This document shows, in pieces, positions 45,831 through 56,448 of a stretch of 64,000 nucleotides of DNA (positions are counted from its first letter, which is position 1; every line of letters begins with the position of its first letter). The stretch spans positions 31,648 to 95,647 of the forward strand of contig JBIKWF010000004.1 of NCBI GenBank assembly GCA_044356455.1, given 5' to 3'. The position numbers and the translations under genes were made by a program. Source of the DNA: Bdellovibrionota bacterium. Its GTDB lineage: Bacteria > Bdellovibrionota_C > UBA2361 > JBGSMV01. The notes under the pieces were generated by a model. The model did no database searches. It worked only from the letters and a program-made list of their open reading frames with translations, and was not told the origin of the DNA.

Positions 45831-47672
45831 ATGCACACCTTGCAGCATAAAGCTGATCTCTCTATACCCCTGTCGCCCCTTCTTCCCCCAATTGCTCCAC
45901 CTCTTGAAGATGCGCTTAGTAGCTCGCTTAGGCAGCTATTCTCCCCAATCTCTATAAAGGCTCACGAGCGAGAGTTCCTCTCTGAGGCCGAGCGGTGGCT
46001 GCCTGGTCCCGCGTGGGCAGGTTTTCTTGTCCGCTGGTCACGTGCGCTTGAGGCTCTAGGAACGCCCTCCACGTTTGTTAGTGGGCTCGCCATTCAGCCG
46101 GTTCTGGTTCAGGTCGGCGACAAGCAGTATGAAGGAACCGCAATCTCCGCCCCGGGTAACGCCCAGAGGCGCGAGCTCATGGCAAAACAACTTCCCTACT
46201 ATCCAAATCAGGGTAGGAGCAATTACCCGGAAGACTTTGATACTCTCGGATGTTTTTTATGCCAGAACATCGCGCAGGCGATGGATGCAGATGTTTCAGG
46301 TACTCCTTCAAATGCGCTGGCCGATCTTGGTACGCACGTTCTTCTCCCCAATCGTTATCCAGCGGTTCCTGGGCACTCGCTGCTTCTTAGAAAATCTCAC
46401 GATTCCCCGCGTAGCACCCGTGGGGCCATTCTTTCCCCTGAGGAGCTCCATACTTGGATGATTGTTGCCGATGAGCTTGAATGCGCCGCCACGCATAATC
46501 ATGTGCATGATGCGATGAGTATTCCAAGTCATGAGCACTGTCATTTAATGCCCCGGCGCTTCCCCTTGCTTGCGCCAATTGAGCAGCTCAGGCGCGACTA
46601 TGGAGCTTATACCCCGCACCTGAGAGCGATAGTTTTAAGTGGAACTCCCTTCGAGCATTTAGTGCTTTATGGTCCAAGTCGGGCGGAGCTCGCCGCGGCT
46701 GCGGCTCCCGTGCTCGAGGCGTTTGAGCGTGCGGGAATTGTCACTACGTTTGTTTACAGTGATCGAAAACTTCTTATCAGCCACCGTAAAGGGGACGCAG
46801 GGGCCAACCCACGCCTCAGTCTTGGGGCGGGGATTACGTTTTTGGGCTTTGGCGGAGCGCCAGCGGGCTTGACCCCAAGTGTAGAAGAAATTGCTCTAAA
46901 AATGCCGCTTCGCCCAGGCGCTCTTGGATCTATACTAGTCTCTATGTCTGACGGTGCTGTGAAAATGCCTGAAACCTATCATGCGCTTAATTACAAGAAG
47001 CTTATTCCGCTCGGAGAAGGGCATAATCTTCGATCGCGCCTCACTTCAAGCGAATGGCGTCTTTGGGAAGCCGCGCTACCTTATCAAGATAAGCGTCTCG
47101 ACAAGGGGCATGCCGAGATTGTTTCGCTTTTCTCGCTTCTTCTAAGTGACGCCGAGCACCTTGATTTGCGCGAAAGGAGAGTTGCGCTAGTTTCCTCTAT
47201 GCTCCACGACATCGGCTGGTCACAAATAGAGAGAGTCGACGAAAAATTTTGCTCGATTCAGCACCGGCTTCGTTCGGACGACCAGAGTGTGAGGGCGCAA
47301 GCGAAGAGTGACGACAGAGCGATTCGAGTTCTACACCAAGACCTGGGAGCCGAGCTTGCCCGGACTCTTCTCGCGAATTCTGAGTGGGACGATATTAGGG
47401 ACGAAGTGTGCGTCATCATCAGAGACCATGATACACGAGATGCAGAGCCACCGGGCCGAGCATGCGAAGTCATGTGGGATTCCGACATGTTGTGGAGAAC
47501 CACTCTCCCCCATGCGCACATGGTGCACGGGCAGTCGAGGCTCGAGGCGACCAAAATTCTCGAAGCGATGGAGCGTTGGGCGCAGCCGGTGCATTATAGG
47601 ACCGCGTTCGCGCGTCAAGTGGCTCTTGAAGAGTTACGCCATGCAAGAGCCAGCTACTCCAATGCCTCATGA
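45831..47672 (+). CDS. HIT/GalT-superfamily nucleotidyl domain fused to an HD-domain phosphohydrolase
   Basis: CFLC, LPNRYP..PGHSLL, HEHCHLMP (HxHxH); C-terminal HAEIV...MLHDIGW...HQDLGA...DHD...DSD. Confidence 0.8.
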   Translation: MHTLQHKADLSIPLSPLLPPIAPPLEDALSSSLRQLFSPISIKAHEREFLSEAERWLPGPAWAGFLVRWSRALEALGTPSTFVSGLAIQPVLVQVGDKQYEGTAISAPGNAQRRELMAKQLPYYPNQGRSNYPEDFDTLGCFLCQNIAQAMDADVSGTPSNALADLGTHVLLPNRYPAVPGHSLLLRKSHDSPRSTRGAILSPEELHTWMIVADELECAATHNHVHDAMSIPSHEHCHLMPRRFPLLAPIEQLRRDYGAYTPHLRAIVLSGTPFEHLVLYGPSRAELAAAAAPVLEAFERAGIVTTFVYSDRKLLISHRKGDAGANPRLSLGAGITFLGFGGAPAGLTPSVEEIALKMPLRPGALGSILVSMSDGAVKMPETYHALNYKKLIPLGEGHNLRSRLTSSEWRLWEAALPYQDKRLDKGHAEIVSLFSLLLSDAEHLDLRERRVALVSSMLHDIGWSQIERVDEKFCSIQHRLRSDDQSVRAQAKSDDRAIRVLHQDLGAELARTLLANSEWDDIRDEVCVIIRDHDTRDAEPPGRACEVMWDSDMLWRTTLPHAHMVHGQSRLEATKILEAMERWAQPVHYRTAFARQVALEELRHARASYSNAS

Positions 47673-47728
47673 GAGACGCATGGAGATGCGCGTAAGCCCG
47701 ATATGAATGAAGGCCTTTCAGTGCCTTT

Positions 47729-50653
47729 TTAGTAAAGGTCGATAAAGAGAACTTCTGAGGGAGCATCCAGCATAACTGCTAATTGTTGACCACCGTTAAT
47801 AGGTACCGCCTGCTTAAACTGAAACGCAACTTCGAGATCTGGATCTCGAACGAGGTACTCTTTTGGGGGAGACGTGCGAATATCTAAGAGCTTTATTTGA
47901 TGCGATGCCGATCCATTTTGGATCAACTCGCCATCAATCAGAAGAAAATCTCCCGTCGATCGGATTCCGTTAATCTGTGACCAGTTCCCGATGTCATGAG
48001 TGGAAGTAGAAACCGAATTCTCACCGATGCTAAGCAGCGCAAGATATACCCGAGGATCTTCCACTGAAAAGAAGCCCTGGTCGTACATCACTACTCCCAC
48101 TTTACTAGAGAAGGGCACGATTTTTGCGAGTTCGAGTGAGCTTGGACGTAAAGGGGTAAGGTCAACGGCATTCGTCGTTGCAGAGAGGCGTGCATGCCAC
48201 GAAGAGTAGTCCTTGCGTGCAGACGAAAAGATGGCATCGGTGAGTTCGCTCAGCATAATGCTGATTGAGGCTTCAATGCCCTTTTCCGCAGCAAACGAGA
48301 GTGACTCTTCCGCTGAAAGAAATAAGGGCGCCAGCCCAGCACCAAAAACAGAGCCCTCGGCGAGCGCCGCCGCAGCCTCAAGCGCAAGTTCCCATTGTGA
48401 GATGCAATCGCCCCGTGAAGCGAGCTGGACGCGGCCGAGAATGCCACGAAGTCTAAACGTGTCACCTGCGTCTTGCGATACGGCACTGAAGCCACTTTTA
48501 AGAAGACTGTTCAAAGTTTCTGAGACAAAATCACCCATGATAGAGGGGTCAAGCTTTTGAAGAAGTAGTCTCGTCGCGGCCTCCTTCAAGGTGGTGGTGG
48601 GGAGAATATCCCCAAAGACTGTGCGTGCATGATCTAACAAAAGAGCTTCTAGCGCGGACTCCAGAGCAACGGGCCGACGAGCCCCTGTTTTGTCCAGAAA
48701 TTCTTGCAGGGTAAGTGCTCCAACGCCAAGACGATCGAGTGTAAGTGCAAGATTTGCAATGGTCGCAGGTGAGGCGTCTAGGGGAGCGTCCAGCGAGGTG
48801 AGGTACAGACCCTTCGATTCAAGAACCTCCTTCACCGAGCTGTCAAAGTTAATGCCGCGGCGTTTCAGGAGCGTCTCAAGAGATCCAAGCAGGGGCGAGG
48901 TAACTAGGTCCACCACGTCAAAAGACGAGGCAAATTTCTTGGCAATAGTGAAGTTTTTCTGATTGAGATCCTCTATGGCGCCAAGACTGCCAAAGGTTGC
49001 ACGGACGAGGTCTGCCGACAGCTTTTCGTGCAGCGTGCGCACCGCGGCTGAAACTTCGCTCGAGAGTCCGCCTAGGTCCTCGCCTGAATAATAGAGCCCT
49101 AAGCGCATAAGTTCATAGGCTGCAAGTCCTTCGAGATTAAGACGCGGGCCGTTCTGAACAAAAGCCGTAGAGAGTAAGCCGCTTGTCGATTGCGGTATTT
49201 GAAAGCACTGGGGTGCAGAAAGAAAGTCACTTACGGGAAGAACCGCATGAAAAGTAGAAAGCAGTGCGTCTATTGTTGAGGCAAACCCTGAGGAGCTTAT
49301 GACTTGCAGCAGATCTTCAATCGAGTAGTTCAAATACGCAGGGTCTCCAAGGAGCGGGGCAAGCACGCGCTTGACGAAGTATTTCTGTGCCCCGGCTTCT
49401 GAGAGCTCCTCGTTCATTTTTGTTTGGATCGATGAGGCAATTCGGGAAAGTGGGATGTTGCGCACTGAAAAAATCTTCTGGTGCCATGCTTCGAGAGCAG
49501 CGGAATACGATATGCGTTCAAAGGTCTTGCGCGTAGCGTCTGCAATATGAGTTTCTAGTACGACACTTAAGGCTTTGCGCAGCGAGTCCTCTTCATTAAT
49601 GCCGTAACTCGCAAGCACAGATTCCAGGGAGGTGCTGGCTCCCCACTTTGCTCGAATGATTGCGCTTAGCTTGCGAGTGAGTGGTACTCGAAGCTTCTGC
49701 CCATACGTTTGAATAAGCCGGGTATGGAGCGCTGCGGGATCGAGACCACGAATTGCTGCTTTACTTAGATTCGAGATACTCTTGTTAAGGGAGCCTCCAG
49801 AAAATAGGTACGGCAATTTAGAATTCCAGAAACCCTGTAACTGCGAACTTGCTCCATCAGTGAACGTAGTGAGGGAGAGAGAGGTGTTATCGTTGCTAAG
49901 AGTTGCGATGAGAGGGTTCCCTTGGTAGCTGCCAGTGACTGGCTCGCCATATGATTGATAGCCGTAGCCGTAGGGTCGGCGGAGACGTTGAAGAAATGGA
50001 CTCTGCGGATTACGGAGATTAATGAAGACATGGGAAGTGAGATACTCGTCTAGTGTGGATGCAGGCACCCCAGGGTTTCCACTGATGGCATCTAGGTAGT
50101 CGCTATCGGAAATGGTGGTACGGAGAGTCGAGGCAAAATTTCCCCCGTGCCGTAGGACTATAATGTTTTGGTCAATCCCATCGGGAAAGGTGTACTCGCG
50201 TGCGGCGCCGAGAAGACCGTCGTCCTTCAAAGGGTAAACTACGAGGCTGTTTCTTACGTTCATCACCAAATGGCGGTTATGTACGTGAAGGCTTTTCGGC
50301 TCGTGCTGAAGGCTCGGTGTGTCTATCCCCTGACCAAAGTAAATTGAGACGATTTGCCGCGGGGCCCGCGTATTCTGGATGTCCCAGATATGGAGATAAT
50401 AATTTTGGTTAAGATCGTGCCAGGAGGCGTAAATAAAATTTCTCCAGCTCGCAATGCTTGTCACGAATCCGCGTGCACCTGAAACAGGGTCTTGGTTCCC
50501 GTCATAGAGCAGGCCTACTGTAGAGGGCGAGAGCGGCTTAGGATTCTGAGACTGCGCGCCTAAGGGGAGGATCGCCATTAGAAGTAGCAAGATAAGAGCG
50601 GTCCATTGAGCGATGCCTTTGGATAGACGCGCGCGGTTCTTTCTGCAGGCCAT
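47729..50653 (-). CDS. Large secreted hypothetical protein: beta-propeller-like ends around a long helical insert
   Basis: Signal peptide after MACRK; LHIWDIQNTRAPRQI and IKLLDIRTSPP blade-like motifs at both ends; long Leu/Ser/Ala-rich helical middle. Confidence 0.75.
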   Translation of the reverse strand: MACRKNRARLSKGIAQWTALILLLLMAILPLGAQSQNPKPLSPSTVGLLYDGNQDPVSGARGFVTSIASWRNFIYASWHDLNQNYYLHIWDIQNTRAPRQIVSIYFGQGIDTPSLQHEPKSLHVHNRHLVMNVRNSLVVYPLKDDGLLGAAREYTFPDGIDQNIIVLRHGGNFASTLRTTISDSDYLDAISGNPGVPASTLDEYLTSHVFINLRNPQSPFLQRLRRPYGYGYQSYGEPVTGSYQGNPLIATLSNDNTSLSLTTFTDGASSQLQGFWNSKLPYLFSGGSLNKSISNLSKAAIRGLDPAALHTRLIQTYGQKLRVPLTRKLSAIIRAKWGASTSLESVLASYGINEEDSLRKALSVVLETHIADATRKTFERISYSAALEAWHQKIFSVRNIPLSRIASSIQTKMNEELSEAGAQKYFVKRVLAPLLGDPAYLNYSIEDLLQVISSSGFASTIDALLSTFHAVLPVSDFLSAPQCFQIPQSTSGLLSTAFVQNGPRLNLEGLAAYELMRLGLYYSGEDLGGLSSEVSAAVRTLHEKLSADLVRATFGSLGAIEDLNQKNFTIAKKFASSFDVVDLVTSPLLGSLETLLKRRGINFDSSVKEVLESKGLYLTSLDAPLDASPATIANLALTLDRLGVGALTLQEFLDKTGARRPVALESALEALLLDHARTVFGDILPTTTLKEAATRLLLQKLDPSIMGDFVSETLNSLLKSGFSAVSQDAGDTFRLRGILGRVQLASRGDCISQWELALEAAAALAEGSVFGAGLAPLFLSAEESLSFAAEKGIEASISIMLSELTDAIFSSARKDYSSWHARLSATTNAVDLTPLRPSSLELAKIVPFSSKVGVVMYDQGFFSVEDPRVYLALLSIGENSVSTSTHDIGNWSQINGIRSTGDFLLIDGELIQNGSASHQIKLLDIRTSPPKEYLVRDPDLEVAFQFKQAVPINGGQQLAVMLDAPSEVLFIDLY

Positions 50654-50850
50654 AGAGTTCCCCTGAAAGGAGACATAAAAAGAGCAGAGAATAGAATCGG
50701 CAGAGCCGAGCTGATTCCCAAGTGCCATACTCGCCTGTAGATGCCCCCGGCGGTAAAGTGTGTAAACATTATTGGTTTCAGCCGGTTGCGGCTTTTTCGG
50801 GGTGCTGCGATTGTGGGGTGAGGGCCCGAAATCCCTAGGGATAAGATTTC

Positions 50851-52290
50851 ATGCATTCATCCATTGAACACATTCTGCTGATCGTTTCTATCTTACTCCT
50901 TGCAAGTGCTCTTGCGAGCCGGCTTTCGAGTCGTTCAGGCGTTCCCGCACTTATTCTCTTTATTTTCATCGGCATGGCATTCGGCTCCGAGGGGCCGGGC
51001 GGAATTTATTTTGATAACGCTGAAATCGCTCGGGACCTTGGCACGGTCGCCCTCGCGTTAATTCTCTTCTCAGGTGGCTTGGATACCAGCTGGAAAGCGA
51101 TTCGCCCCGTAGTTCTCCCGGGTATTCTACTTGCCACAATAGGTACCGTGCTTACGGGAGCAGTCGTAGGGGCCAGCGCCTATTACTTTCTTGATGTATC
51201 TTTAAAAGAGGGCCTGCTGCTTGGCGCTATCGTTTCCTCGACTGATGCTGCCGCGGTCTTTGGTATTTTACGCGCACGTGCCTTACGTCTTAAGCACCGA
51301 CTTGCGCCGCTTCTTGAGCTTGAAAGTGGTTCGAACGACCCCACCGCGGTATTTCTTACCCTTGCTCTGACGGGACTGATTCTCAATCCCGATCTCTCGC
51401 TAGGAAGTCTTGCGGTAGACTTTTTCTTTCAGATGGGAATTGGGTTGGCTGTGGGGCTTGCGGCAGGGCGAGTGGGGGCGTGGCTCATTAATCACATTCG
51501 CCTCAGTGAAGATGGTCTTTACCCTGCTTTGACCTTGAGTGTCGCATTTGCCTCATTTGGCGGCGCGCACGCCCTTGGCGGGAATGGCTTCCTCTCCGTA
51601 TATGTAGCTGGCGTGGCCCTAGGTAACAGAAATTTCGTGCACAGAATTGGTCTTCTGCAGTTCCATGACGGTATCGCCTGGCTCATGCAGATTGCGATGT
51701 TTCTCGTGCTTGGACTATTGGTATTTCCCTCGCATCTCATTGCCGTTGCTGCACCGGCAACTATTGTCGCACTTTCGCTTGTTTTTGTTGCGAGGCCGCT
51801 CGGGGTTTTCACTGCCCTTGCCTTTACCAAAGGCTTCACCGTTGCGGATCGCACGTTTCTTTCATGGGTAGGGCTACGAGGCGCAGTTCCTATTGTTCTC
51901 GCAACTATTCCCCTTACTTCTGGTGTTACCCATGCCCCACTCATTTTTAATGTAGTTTTTTTCGTCGTGATTCTTTCAGTTCTTCTTCAGGGGACTACGG
52001 CAGCTTCAGTCGCTAAGTGGCTCAAGGTAGGAAGCCCCCGAGAAACAGGTATCGTAGAACGTAAGGTTTCGAGCAGTATGCTCGAAGTAAAAATTCCCGC
52101 TTCTTCACCGGCAATTGGAAAACAGCTTGTCGAGTTAGAGCTCCCGATGGGCACGCTCGTGGTACTTGTGACACGAGAGGGAGAAAGCATGATCCCAAGG
52201 GGAGCAACTCAAATTGAAGCAGGAGATACTTTGCTTGTGGCAGCTCCGCAGGGGAATGCTGATACTTTGCGGCAGATTCTTGTGGGGTAG
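50851..52290 (+). CDS. cvrA: Potassium/proton antiporter (CPA1, NhaP2/CvrA) with C-terminal TrkA-C domain
   Basis: FGSEGPGGIYFD, ILFSGGL, SSTDAAAVF, LELESGSNDP, WVGLRGAVPIVLA, IPRGATQIEAGD. Confidence 0.92.
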   Translation: MHSSIEHILLIVSILLLASALASRLSSRSGVPALILFIFIGMAFGSEGPGGIYFDNAEIARDLGTVALALILFSGGLDTSWKAIRPVVLPGILLATIGTVLTGAVVGASAYYFLDVSLKEGLLLGAIVSSTDAAAVFGILRARALRLKHRLAPLLELESGSNDPTAVFLTLALTGLILNPDLSLGSLAVDFFFQMGIGLAVGLAAGRVGAWLINHIRLSEDGLYPALTLSVAFASFGGAHALGGNGFLSVYVAGVALGNRNFVHRIGLLQFHDGIAWLMQIAMFLVLGLLVFPSHLIAVAAPATIVALSLVFVARPLGVFTALAFTKGFTVADRTFLSWVGLRGAVPIVLATIPLTSGVTHAPLIFNVVFFVVILSVLLQGTTAASVAKWLKVGSPRETGIVERKVSSSMLEVKIPASSPAIGKQLVELELPMGTLVVLVTREGESMIPRGATQIEAGDTLLVAAPQGNADTLRQILVG

Positions 52291-52547
52291 TGGGATGTCC
52301 CCCTAGATACACCTACCACCGGACGAACCGCAAGCTGCCGTCTGAACTGCACGACGAGATTCTCGAAATCCGAAAAAGCCCCCGTGCACCCGGCTCTTTG
52401 GGACTCCCAAAGCTCAAGTGCCAAATGCATGCGAGCATTTCCAACGTAAATCGTATGGGCTCTTAGCCACTCGGTCCTTAAGCTGGCACAGCCAAGACGA
52501 GACAATCCAGGTCATCCCAAGAGATTCTCTCGTCACAGAAGGAACGG

Positions 52548-54041
52548 TTAAGTATGGCGCTGACTTTTTGCTATCTTATCAGCGGCCATTTGAGCAAATA
52601 CAATAGGAATGGGACTATGATTTTTAGGGTGGTCAATAATTCTCCTTAGTGCGGGGAGAGCAACCAACGCTTCGGCCCCGAGCTCTCCAAGTGCCATAGC
52701 CTTGTCCAGCTGAGATGTCTCAAGATTGACGAGTATTTCGGCAACCCTTGAGGGAATTATTTTAGATTTACCCGCTAGGTCTCTAAGGGCAATTCTTGCA
52801 TCAATTTCTCGGAGGCCAAAGCAGAGAAGTACGGATTCAATCAGAGCCTGCGCTCCAGAAAGCGCCAATTCGTGCTGCTTCGGGCCTGCTTTTGAAACGA
52901 GCGTAACGATAGCTCCACAGGCGCGCTGGAATGAGTCATTAACGCTCACAGGATGACGCAAGTGATCAATCAATATAGGGATGGCCTCAATAGGGGCGGG
53001 TTCGATGGAGCCAATCCTTGAAATCGCCGCTTCCCAATATGTCGATTCGGAGCTTTTCAATATCTTAATTAATGTTGGTAGATTCTCCTCGCGCTTGGAT
53101 AAAAGAGCCGGCACCGCCTCCATCTGTGTTTCGACGTCATCCAGTGCTTTTCGCAGCGCCGCCATAACCTCGGGCGTTCTACAACGAAGCTCGGCGAGAG
53201 TACTAATTGCGCCGCGGCGAATATCTGCACGTTCGTCATTGAGGGCTGCTAGCAAGTAGGGTACTGCACATGGTCCTATTCTTTTGATCGCGTTAACCCA
53301 TACTTCACCATCCCAACAGCCTGAAAATTGCTCAATGAGAGTTGGAATGGAAGATTCTTCTTTAGGAAGGATTCTGACAATTGCTCTTGCTATTTCTTTA
53401 TTCGAACGTTTTGCATCCCTTGAAGCGTGAATTAATGCGGGCAATGAGGTTTCGGCTGCGATTGGACCAATCTGACCCAGACACGTGGCAATCATTTCAT
53501 AAACGCTTGCTCCAGACTTATCGTTTTCAAGTAACGCTACCAGCTTTGGCACCGCAGGGCTCGCGGCCGGGCCGATCTCACCTAAAGACTGTATGGCTAT
53601 TTTGCGGATGTGTTCAATTGGATGGTCGAGCGCTTCAACTAGTATCGGTATGCTCGCGTCCCCAAATGCCCAGAGGGACTGCGCCGCCTTCTTTGCAAGG
53701 ATTGCAGTAGGTCCTTCGTCCTCTAGCTTGAAAATCGGGGGAAAGTTCGCTTTGAAGTTCGCTGTGAGGCGTATCGGCTCAGCAAGTACTTGAACTTCGT
53801 GAGGGTGAAATTGCTTTAATGCCTCTCTAATTTCTTCTGCGGGAAGATGGCGAGAGCCGGTAAACTGTAGACTTTCAAGGGAAGTCGCCAATGGAGCAAA
53901 TCTACGATCGAGAAACTCGATCACTACTGTGCGGTCACCTCGCCGAACTAGTTGCACCCGCTCAAAATCAAGAGGCAGGGGGCTAGGATTCCCTTCTGCT
54001 CCTTTCGTCTGATCTTTCTTCTGGTTCCGCTGATCCCACAT
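52548..54041 (-). CDS. HEAT (PBS lyase-type) repeat protein
   Basis: Repeats such as AIQSLGEIGPAASPAVPKLVALL, CLGQIGP, AVPYLLAALNDERADIRRGA, ALGELGAEA; likely start MWDQRN. Confidence 0.85.
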   Translation of the reverse strand: MWDQRNQKKDQTKGAEGNPSPLPLDFERVQLVRRGDRTVVIEFLDRRFAPLATSLESLQFTGSRHLPAEEIREALKQFHPHEVQVLAEPIRLTANFKANFPPIFKLEDEGPTAILAKKAAQSLWAFGDASIPILVEALDHPIEHIRKIAIQSLGEIGPAASPAVPKLVALLENDKSGASVYEMIATCLGQIGPIAAETSLPALIHASRDAKRSNKEIARAIVRILPKEESSIPTLIEQFSGCWDGEVWVNAIKRIGPCAVPYLLAALNDERADIRRGAISTLAELRCRTPEVMAALRKALDDVETQMEAVPALLSKREENLPTLIKILKSSESTYWEAAISRIGSIEPAPIEAIPILIDHLRHPVSVNDSFQRACGAIVTLVSKAGPKQHELALSGAQALIESVLLCFGLREIDARIALRDLAGKSKIIPSRVAEILVNLETSQLDKAMALGELGAEALVALPALRRIIDHPKNHSPIPIVFAQMAADKIAKSQRHT

Positions 54042-54533
54042 ACATAATTTCCTAAGCAGATCGTTTTGGTGGTAAGCCGCACATAATATTTTGGCGCTCA
54101 CCTTCGAAGAGCGGTCCGCCGTTGCAATCGGTGCGGTGAAAACTCTGCTCTTGATTATGCTGCTCGGCAAATGCAGGTGCCTTAAGGCGGCACTAAATTG
54201 CGGGGCGCTCTAAGTTTTATAGGTATCTGAAATAACAGTAGAAAAGTGGCTAGAAAGAAAGAAGACGAACTCCTGCGCGGAGGGATAAGGCCGATTTGAG
54301 GCCCCTTGTAAGTGCGCTGCCCCTATAGAACTGCATCTGAGTTCAAGCCCTTTGGTCGCCCCCATTAGCATCAAGACTGATTCATTAAGGGCAGTACTTT
54401 CGGTATGTTAGCTTCCGTCGAGCCACGATGGATACTCGGTGGCGCAGAGGGAATTGCTCCCTAGGGACCTTCGTTTGTATCGCTCGCTGCCTCGGCTGCA
54501 TCTAAACTTCCAGCTTATCAGAAGGTTGCGCCT

Positions 54534-54842
54534 ATGAACGGTTCTCCCATTAAACCAGTTTCTGCTCGAGTTGAAACTCCTACTACGCCGCCGCCCTCTA
54601 GCGTCTCGGGATCCCCTCGCGTGGGAGAGTCAGCACCATCTGCGGATGCGGATGCGGCTTCGGTTTCTGTGGCAAGTACGAAAAGCCGCGGCCTCTCATC
54701 AAACGATCCTTCCGAGGCAGTAGATTCTCTTCTTAAGGGCATCGAGAGCAGTTCCAGTCTAGCTGAAGCACATGGGCGGCTCGATCCGGCGCGGGTATTT
54801 GGACTACTTAATGACGAAGAGGAAGATTCTGAGACAAGGTAG
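54534..54842 (+). CDS. Small, mostly disordered hypothetical protein
   Basis: Ser/Pro-rich N-terminus; helical C-terminus AHGRLDPARVFGLL. Confidence 0.55.
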   Translation: MNGSPIKPVSARVETPTTPPPSSVSGSPRVGESAPSADADAASVSVASTKSRGLSSNDPSEAVDSLLKGIESSSSLAEAHGRLDPARVFGLLNDEEEDSETR

Positions 54843-54846
54843 TTCA

Positions 54847-54938
54847 GGAGCCTCTGAAAAGAGCAGCTTTCGTATCCTTGTGCCCCTTAAGGCGATGCCG
54901 CGGACGCGAAGAGGGAAATCAAAATTTTTAGGGGCTCT
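54847..54938. mobile_element. Degenerate MITE with family C-like (IS5-like) ends
   Basis: GGAGCCTCTGAAAA...TTTTTAGGGGCTC abutting the TAA of the hydrolase gene. Confidence 0.5.
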
Positions 54939-55957
54939 TAATCAAAAAGCACGGTTCCCCCTTCCGGCGAAACGTACATCTGTGCCGCCGAATGGCCAAC
55001 TCCCGAAACTATACTAAGGGTATGACGGGACAGCGACGAGGTTCCGAAGAAGTGACTGATAAACGCGAGATAGTTTTGAGCGCGTTCGAGACGGTGTGCT
55101 CCTTGCATCTTCGCAGAGCACGAGCTGTCGAGCGAGCTATCGTTAGGATCTACATCTAACTCTCCCATGAGGTAGACTACTCTTCGCTTTTGGTAGTTCC
55201 TTCGAAGCTCACGAGATCCTCGATTCCTGAGCAGAGAGGGGAGCTTATCGAGGCCGTACTGATAGTCGTTGAATGCGCGGCACTCCTCCTTGTCTCCGGC
55301 TCTAAAGCTAATCGTTTCACCACTGCGCACCGGGCGATCGTTGCTAAAGTAGAGATAGGAGGATGGATTTGAAACGACAAATTTTATTCCAGTGGGGAAT
55401 CTTGAAGAGCGAACACTTGCATAGGCTGCGAAGCGGTTCACGAACTGTCCTCCGGCGGAGTGCCCAGCGATAGTGAGGCGTTTAAGAGTGGGGCACTTGC
55501 TTCTAATTCGATTAATCAAGTTCTCAAGGGCCAAAAATGAGGAGTCGCGGCGCGAACGGCGCGCAGGGGCGGATGAGATTCCTCCATACTTCCAGTCTTC
55601 GTTATCCCAGGCGAGAATCGAGCCAATGCCCAGCTCCGCACTGGTCGTCGCTGATCCAAATAGTGGCGCTACGGCTAGCACGGATGACACTTCTCCGTGC
55701 TCAGCTGCAGAGTCTACAATAGCAGTCGCTGCCCCCAGTGCATTTCGAGATTGACCGTGCACTGCGATGACAAGATGCGAAACTTGAGGAGCGCATCTCG
55801 CCAGAGGATCTGCGCTCGCATACACTGCGAGTCCAGCCTTGCCCTGCTCGTAAGCTACTTTGTAAAGCGTTTGAGCATGGGCTATTTGGCTGATAAAACA
55901 TGAAGATAGGGCAAAAAATAGTTCCGCAAAACTTACTCTCACGTGCCTCAAGCTCAC
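54938..55957 (-). CDS. Secreted alpha/beta hydrolase
   Basis: Signal peptide (AHA); VHG, nucleophile elbow GHSAGGQF, catalytic His region GVGHS. Confidence 0.88.
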   Translation of the reverse strand: MSLRHVRVSFAELFFALSSCFISQIAHAQTLYKVAYEQGKAGLAVYASADPLARCAPQVSHLVIAVHGQSRNALGAATAIVDSAAEHGEVSSVLAVAPLFGSATTSAELGIGSILAWDNEDWKYGGISSAPARRSRRDSSFLALENLINRIRSKCPTLKRLTIAGHSAGGQFVNRFAAYASVRSSRFPTGIKFVVSNPSSYLYFSNDRPVRSGETISFRAGDKEECRAFNDYQYGLDKLPSLLRNRGSRELRRNYQKRRVVYLMGELDVDPNDSSLDSSCSAKMQGAHRLERAQNYLAFISHFFGTSSLSRHTLSIVSGVGHSAAQMYVSPEGGTVLFD

Positions 55958-56427
55958 TATCTGTAATATTTCACGGGATCCCTATCGAGTCCGTGAGCAT
56001 GGGCTTCAAATCCCCCACCCATTTGGACTCTACGCATAGCGCATCTATGAGCGCCGCATACACGGTAGTGCCGTCCGGTGCGGGCCAAATCGTTCCCGTT
56101 GTCGGGAATTGAACACGCCACCGCTATATTATCGACGGCACTGCGAGTGTCTTAACGACTTGGGTTGTTATTTGTCGAGGGGCATCAAATTCCCGCGCTT
56201 CCTACTCCAGGCTGTAGGTATATTGTGCCCCTCCTTCGCGTAACTATTTGAATAGTCAGTACTGGCGGAGTGCCAAATCGAATCTATTGGACAGGGCGGC
56301 GGGAGAACACACACCTCAAATAATCCGCATCTTCCGGAGTTGCCAGCGATTCTCCATCGATTCACTCCCGAGCCCCCCGCCCCCCCATGCATCCGTACAG
56401 GCGATGAGCCGGCTTGTAAAAGTTGTT

Positions 56428-56445
56428 TATCGTAGTTATACGATA
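56428..56445. promoter_or_regulatory. Probable ArsR operator
   Basis: Inverted repeat TATCGT-N6-ACGATA 3 bp upstream of the arsR ATG; TTGTAA (-35-like) at 56414. Confidence 0.55.
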
Positions 56446-56448
56446 GAC

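Noticed and set aside
54534..54842. FlgM-like anti-sigma factor
   Set aside because: Size and disorder fit, but the characteristic C-terminal I..G.Y motif is absent and no flagellar genes are nearby.
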